The position numbers and the translations under genes were made by a program. Below the pieces are notes generated by a model. The model saw only the letters and a list, made by a program, of their open reading frames with translations. It was not told the DNA's origin and made no database searches. Of a stretch of DNA of 52,205 nucleotides, positions 47,757-52,205 are shown piece by piece. How positions within the stretch are numbered: the first letter of the stretch is position 1; every line of letters begins with the position of its first letter. This stretch comes from Gemmatimonadales bacterium (GTDB lineage: Bacteria; Gemmatimonadota; Gemmatimonadetes; Gemmatimonadales; GWC2-71-9): NCBI GenBank assembly GCA_045803245.1, contig JBJMPK010000129.1, positions 1 to 52,205 of the forward strand. The letters run 5' to 3'.

Positions 47757-48475
47757 ACTGGCAGCTCGCCGACGTCATCGAGGTCGTCGACGAAACTCCG
47801 CGGGTGCGGAGTCTCGTTCTCCGCTGCCCCGGCTGGCCCGGTCATCTCGCCGGCCAGCATGTGGATGTCCGGCTTACCGCCGAAGACGGCTATCAGGCCC
47901 AGCGCAGCTACTCCATCGCCTCCGCGCCAGAAGATGAGAACCTGGTCCTGACAGTCGAGCGCCTCGCGGACGGCGAGGTCTCCCCCTATCTCTCCGACGT
48001 GCTTCAGCCGGGCGACGAGCTCGAGCTGCGGGGGCCAATCGGCGGCTACTTCGTCTGGACCAGCTCGATGGGCGGACCGCTGCTCCTCCTGGCCGGCGGC
48101 TCGGGCGTGGTGCCGTTCCGATCGATGCTCCGGCATCATGCGGCCATGCAAAGCACCGTCCCCGCGCGCCTGCTGTATTCGTCGCGAACCTTCGAGGGAA
48201 TCATCTACCGGAACGAGCTGGCCCGACTCGACTCCTCAGCCGGCATCGAGGTCTTCTTCACCCTGACCCGCGAGTGGCCCGATGATTGGAACGGCCACCG
48301 GCGCCGCATCGATGGCGAGCTGCTGCGCGAAATCTCGTGGCCACCGGTGGCGCAGCCGCTGATCTACGTTTGCGGTCCCACGGCCTTCGTAGAGACCGCG
48401 GCAGATGCGCTTGTCGCACTAGGATACGAAGCCGGCCGGATTAAGACCGAGCGCTTCGGGCCCACGGGAGGTTGA
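47726..48475 (+). CDS. Ferredoxin-NADP reductase-like FAD/NAD(P) oxidoreductase
   Basis: GQHVDVRL, RSYSIAS, GEVS.YL, AGGSGVVP, YVCGP and ERFG motifs. Confidence 0.92.
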   Translation: MAGAALHGRLNWQLADVIEVVDETPRVRSLVLRCPGWPGHLAGQHVDVRLTAEDGYQAQRSYSIASAPEDENLVLTVERLADGEVSPYLSDVLQPGDELELRGPIGGYFVWTSSMGGPLLLLAGGSGVVPFRSMLRHHAAMQSTVPARLLYSSRTFEGIIYRNELARLDSSAGIEVFFTLTREWPDDWNGHRRRIDGELLREISWPPVAQPLIYVCGPTAFVETAADALVALGYEAGRIKTERFGPTGG

Positions 48476-48510
48476 GGTGGCTCAGACCAGCTACGCTCCC
48501 GGGGCGCGGT

Positions 48511-48585
48511 CTAAAAAAGGATACGGGTGAGAGCACCTGCGAGGGCGGCAGCTGGCAACTGGGTCCGACGAATGGCTCGCATCAT
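48511..48585 (-). pseudogene. Possible 5' remnant of a secreted-protein gene (24 codons)
   Basis: GGAG RBS followed by MMRAIRRTQLPAAALAGALTRILF*, which resembles a signal peptide. Confidence 0.35.
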
Positions 48586-48632
48586 GGGGGCTCCCGGGAA
48601 GACGTGAACTCCGTACGGTGCGATAGTACGCC

Positions 48633-49007
48633 TTACCTTCCGAGATCCAATTCCCGCCGACAGTGACTACAGAAGACTCGCCGCGGCAGTCGAAAAACTC
48701 TTCCGGCCAGACCCAGCCGTTGCCGAGTGTCACAGAACGGACAGGTCCCCTCCGCGGAGGAAAAGACTTCTCGATGACGCAGGCGGACTGCCCCGAAGGT
48801 GAGACCGAGCAACAAAGCTGCCGGCACCAGGACGAAGTGGACCAGGGGTATAGGCACGGCGATGACGGCAAGGGCGAGCCCAGCACCCGCGACTGTGGCG
48901 GCCCGAGCAAGGCGATCCCGCAGTGTCAGACTCTGGACCACAACTTCGGCCTCCGCCGGCGGCCGACCGAATCCACTGAGCGGTACGGTGAACGAGCGAG
49001 TACTCAT
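48633..49007 (-). CDS. Two-TM membrane protein with C-terminal zinc ribbon
   Basis: VPIPLVHF TM hairpin, CPFC and CSHC. Confidence 0.78.
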   Translation of the reverse strand: MSTRSFTVPLSGFGRPPAEAEVVVQSLTLRDRLARAATVAGAGLALAVIAVPIPLVHFVLVPAALLLGLTFGAVRLRHREVFSSAEGTCPFCDTRQRLGLAGRVFRLPRRVFCSHCRRELDLGR

Positions 49008-49102
49008 CGACTCAATAAACACCGCCAGGCCCGTCATGTGACAGTCCGCCACGTTCGCCGGTCCGCCTTCCCCTCACCGGCGTGACTGTGTAGTCTCCGC
49101 TC

Positions 49103-49780
49103 ATGCGAGTCCTCATCACCGGCACCGATACCGGCGTGGGCAAGACCTGGGTCACCTGCGCCCTGGCCCGGGCGTTGCGCGACGCCGGCAAGCACGTGGT
49201 CGCGATCAAGCCGGTGGAGACTGGGCGATCCGGCCCGACGAGCGACTGGGAAGACGGCGTGCGGCTGGCCCGCGCCACCGGTCAGGCCGAGCCCACTCAG
49301 GCGATCATCCGCTTCAGCGAGCCCACCTCGCCGGTGCTCGCGAGCGAGCGGGCCGGCGCGGAGATTGACTTCGATGGGCTGGTGCTCAAGATCGAGCGCT
49401 TCATCGATGGAGCCGAATTTGGGCTGATCGAAGGTGCCGGGGGCCTGCTGACGCCGGTGACGTGGGAATGGAACATGACCGATGTGGCCCGGACCCTGGG
49501 CGCCTGCGCGCTCGTTGTCGCCCAGGACATACGAGGAACCATCAATCACACGGTGCTCACGCTCAGCGCGCTCGAGCTGGCCGGGATCCCGTGCGCCGGT
49601 GTGGTGCTGACCACTCCGGAGATGACCGACCGGTCCACCGGCACCAACGGGCCGGCGATCAGCCGGCTCTCGGGCCTCGACCGGGTGATGGCGCTCCCTC
49701 GCATGAATGATCCCAGCGATGCAGCCGGTACGATTGCGCCAGTGATTGGTTGGCTTGGGCGGGTGGGAGTGTCAGTGTGA
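49103..49780 (+). CDS. bioD: Dethiobiotin synthase
   Basis: ITGTDTGVGKT, KPVETG, IEGAGGLL.P and GTINHT motifs. Confidence 0.93.
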   Translation: MRVLITGTDTGVGKTWVTCALARALRDAGKHVVAIKPVETGRSGPTSDWEDGVRLARATGQAEPTQAIIRFSEPTSPVLASERAGAEIDFDGLVLKIERFIDGAEFGLIEGAGGLLTPVTWEWNMTDVARTLGACALVVAQDIRGTINHTVLTLSALELAGIPCAGVVLTTPEMTDRSTGTNGPAISRLSGLDRVMALPRMNDPSDAAGTIAPVIGWLGRVGVSV

Positions 49781-49792
49781 AGAAGCTATTAG

Positions 49793-52189
49793 CTATTCCC
49801 CCTTTTTCTCGATCTCCTGCTCGATCGCCTCTTGCACCCAGCGTCGCACCCAGAGGCGCGGGTCATCGCGGTGACGGACCAGTGCGGTCAGAGCTCTGGT
49901 ATCGCCCTTGGAGGCGAGATCGGCCAGCACCAGGGCCGGCAGCTGCTGATGCCCCAGGATCTTCTCCAGACCATCGATCATTGCGGAATCGGGCGCTTGG
50001 GCCGCGGCGGCGATGGCGGCGTTCTGAATGACGTCCCGGTAGGAGGAGCTCGCGAGACCCGAAAGAATCGCGCTTCGGGCACCGGTCGAATCGAGGCGGG
50101 AGAGCGCGGTCAGCGCGCCGGCCCTCACTTCGTAGCTCGAGTCTCCCTTCCATGCCGCTCGGGCGGCTGCCGCCGGCCGTTCCCCACCCACCGATCCCAG
50201 TGCGACGACGGCGGCTGTTCGCACCGCCGATGAGGTGTCCCGCATCGCGGCCTCGAGCGGCGGCGCTGCCACCGCGGCGGGAAAGGCGGCCAGGGCCGAT
50301 GCCGCCTGGGCCCGGGTGAGATAGTAGTCCGCCCCTCGTACCGCCCGCGCCAGGGCCGCCGCGGCCAGTGAATCACCCGAGCGCCGGGCGAGCTGTTCGA
50401 TGACCCAGCTTCGATTCCATAGATCGCGATCCCGGGCCAGCTGGGTCGCGAGCCATCGGGTCGGCTGTTCGAAGGTCAGCGACTTGAGCATGGCATTGTT
50501 CTCGTCGAACACCACCATGGTCGGCGCCGACTTGAGGCCACCAATCCGCACCACCTGCTCCCGCCGGTCCAGCTCGACCCGTTTTCTGACGTCGCCCAAA
50601 GCGGTGCCGACCCGGATCGAGACCGGACCCCGAAACACCAGCGGCGTGGTGTAGCGAAAGCCGGTGGAATCGGCATGCGCGGTGTCCACCTGGGTCTGCC
50701 GCACCGTGAGGGCCAGCGTGCCGGCGGCGGAGTCGTAGGCTGAGCTGACGGTCAGCTCGGGATGGCCGGCCTGGTAGATCCATTGATTCCAGAACCAGTC
50801 GAGGTTCTCACCGGTGGCGTCGAGCACGGCATGACGCAGGTCGTTGCTGGTGGCGTTAGCGAAGGCGTGACGGGTGAGGTAGCGGTTGATTGAAGCCCAA
50901 AAGCGCTCCGGGCCCAGGTACTTCTTCAGCATCTCCAGGACGAGCGCACCCTTGGCGTACACGATGTTGGAGTTGAACGCGGCGAGCGGCACCCGCCTTT
51001 TGCCGTCGAGCTCGACGTAGTCCCGGTACTCGTCCAGGTAATAATCGTCTTCCGCGTAGCGACCTTGCCGGGTGCCCCAATATTGACCCGCCATGAACTC
51101 CGCCATGCCCTCGTTCAGCCAATAGTTGACCCAGTTTTCCGTGGTGACCAGGTTGCCGAACCACTGGTGCGCCAGCTCGTGGGGGATCAGTGCGTGCCGG
51201 AACCACGGCCGGTCGCGATAGGCGCGCGGATCGGGCAGCCAGTCCACCAGCGTGGTGGCGCCGACGTTCTCCATCCCCCCGACAAAATCGGCGACGCTGG
51301 TCTGGGCGTACTGGGGCCAGGGATACTTCACGCCGGTCAGACGAGTGTAGACCTCCATGATGTCGGGGGTAATGCCGAACAACGGTTTGGCGAGCGGCAG
51401 GTCGTCGGGGTAGACGTAGTACTCGAGAGGAACATCCCGCCAGCGCTCGCTCGCTTTCCTGAGCGGCGCGACCACGATGGAGATGAGATAGGTGGAGGCC
51501 GGCTTCTCCTGGGACCAATGCACGGTGTGAGATCGAGTGGGGGAGCTGCGGGCCGGGGCTGGACGGTCGCCGATCAGCCGGCCGTTCGAGACGACGGTAT
51601 AGCCGGCCGGAACCGTCGCGATCATCTCCCAGGTCGCCTTGTCGTGAGGGGCCCCATAGGTCGGGATCCAGTTCGGGTTCCCATCGGTGCCGCCGCCACT
51701 GTAGATCTGCTGGGGCCGGTGCGGCCGTCCCGGATCGGCCTTGAAGAAGTAGAGCCCACGGCCGTGGGTAATCTTGCCGTGGTAGTCGATGGTGAAGCGC
51801 ACGGTGTCGCGGAACCCCGCCGGTTTGGGCAACCGAAATACCAGCGTGTCCCCCGGACGGGTGAAACGTGCGGGCGCACGCAGGGGCGCCGGTAGGGGCG
51901 CACAGCGTGCGCCCTTCACTGATTCACAATCCATGGTCACCCGCCTCACCGCCAATCGCCGCCCCATGTCCATCACGATCGAGTCCAGCCCGGCCCGGAG
52001 CGACACGACCGTGGTCGTCACCTTCCCATCGAACGCGGTGTTGTCCCAATCGAAGTTGGCGACCTCGATCCGTTGATGTAGCAGATCGTAATCGTGGGAG
52101 GGTGTGTCGCGGCCGCTGAGAATCCGCTCGGGGTTGGTTTGTTGGGCTGCGAGGGATGTGGTTGCTGCAACGATCGCCAGAATTGTCAT
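49793..52189 (-). CDS. Secreted M1 family aminopeptidase with C-terminal HEAT repeats; true start may lie beyond the window
   Basis: GGMEN, HELAHQWFGN.VT...WLNEG and VYAKGA motifs, Ala-rich HEAT repeats and a signal peptide. Confidence 0.93.
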   Translation of the reverse strand: MTILAIVAATTSLAAQQTNPERILSGRDTPSHDYDLLHQRIEVANFDWDNTAFDGKVTTTVVSLRAGLDSIVMDMGRRLAVRRVTMDCESVKGARCAPLPAPLRAPARFTRPGDTLVFRLPKPAGFRDTVRFTIDYHGKITHGRGLYFFKADPGRPHRPQQIYSGGGTDGNPNWIPTYGAPHDKATWEMIATVPAGYTVVSNGRLIGDRPAPARSSPTRSHTVHWSQEKPASTYLISIVVAPLRKASERWRDVPLEYYVYPDDLPLAKPLFGITPDIMEVYTRLTGVKYPWPQYAQTSVADFVGGMENVGATTLVDWLPDPRAYRDRPWFRHALIPHELAHQWFGNLVTTENWVNYWLNEGMAEFMAGQYWGTRQGRYAEDDYYLDEYRDYVELDGKRRVPLAAFNSNIVYAKGALVLEMLKKYLGPERFWASINRYLTRHAFANATSNDLRHAVLDATGENLDWFWNQWIYQAGHPELTVSSAYDSAAGTLALTVRQTQVDTAHADSTGFRYTTPLVFRGPVSIRVGTALGDVRKRVELDRREQVVRIGGLKSAPTMVVFDENNAMLKSLTFEQPTRWLATQLARDRDLWNRSWVIEQLARRSGDSLAAAALARAVRGADYYLTRAQAASALAAFPAAVAAPPLEAAMRDTSSAVRTAAVVALGSVGGERPAAAARAAWKGDSSYEVRAGALTALSRLDSTGARSAILSGLASSSYRDVIQNAAIAAAAQAPDSAMIDGLEKILGHQQLPALVLADLASKGDTRALTALVRHRDDPRLWVRRWVQEAIEQEIEKKGE

Positions 52190-52205
52190 CCTGAGCGAAG
52201 CGAAG
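52184..52205. repeat. REP-like element, cut by the window end
   Basis: TGTCATCCTGAGCGAAGCGAAG differs at 2 of 22 bases from TGTCACCCTGTGCGAAGCGAAG at 44812. Confidence 0.7.

Noticed and set aside
48476-48632. Known ncRNA (6S RNA or group II intron fragment)
   Set aside because: Small hairpins are present, but there is no recognisable family consensus.
49103-49780. bioD without other bio genes as a novelty
   Set aside because: Dispersed biotin genes are common, and the rest may lie elsewhere in the genome.
28632-52205. attR duplicate of the tRNA-Lys 3' end, or an integrase gene
   Set aside because: None was found by eye, so the island is not listed as a mobile_element feature.

Overview
A GC-rich 52 kb bacterial window, probably from Gemmatimonadota. 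That assignment is inferred from gene content, small lineage-typical hypotheticals and REP-like repeats, and was not checked by search. The left part (1-28.5 kb) is mostly core-like: class III aminotransferase, AI-2E transporter, tRNA-Asn, a Tat-exported IorAB molybdoenzyme with a di-heme cytochrome c, holB-moaC-SLT, an MltD/LysM transglycosylase, ilvE, a DHA2 MFS pump, a FemAB-like protein, an adenylation-domain-only DNA ligase, dps and a tripartite RND pump. At the 3' end of tRNA-Lys (28559-28631) a ~20 kb redox/stress block begins. It holds mocA, xdhC, hydrolases, a sensor-less AraC, a PAS/GAF kinase with two response regulators, a second IorAB, a catalase-related peroxidase, a perhydrolase, a cNMP-TrxR-like flavoprotein, DUF2231-Rieske, DUF4142, a Cys-rich HTH regulator, a sulfite-oxidase-like enzyme and an FNR. 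The block looks like a decayed island: mocA reads antisense into the tRNA, and a truncated signal-peptide remnant lies at the far end. The window closes with bioD and an M1 aminopeptidase. I found no CRISPR array, integrase, transposase or recognisable defence system. The best candidate for an undescribed system is a two-component to single-domain AraC cascade, marked by three TATAC-N4-GTATA-type boxes, which may control the redox block.
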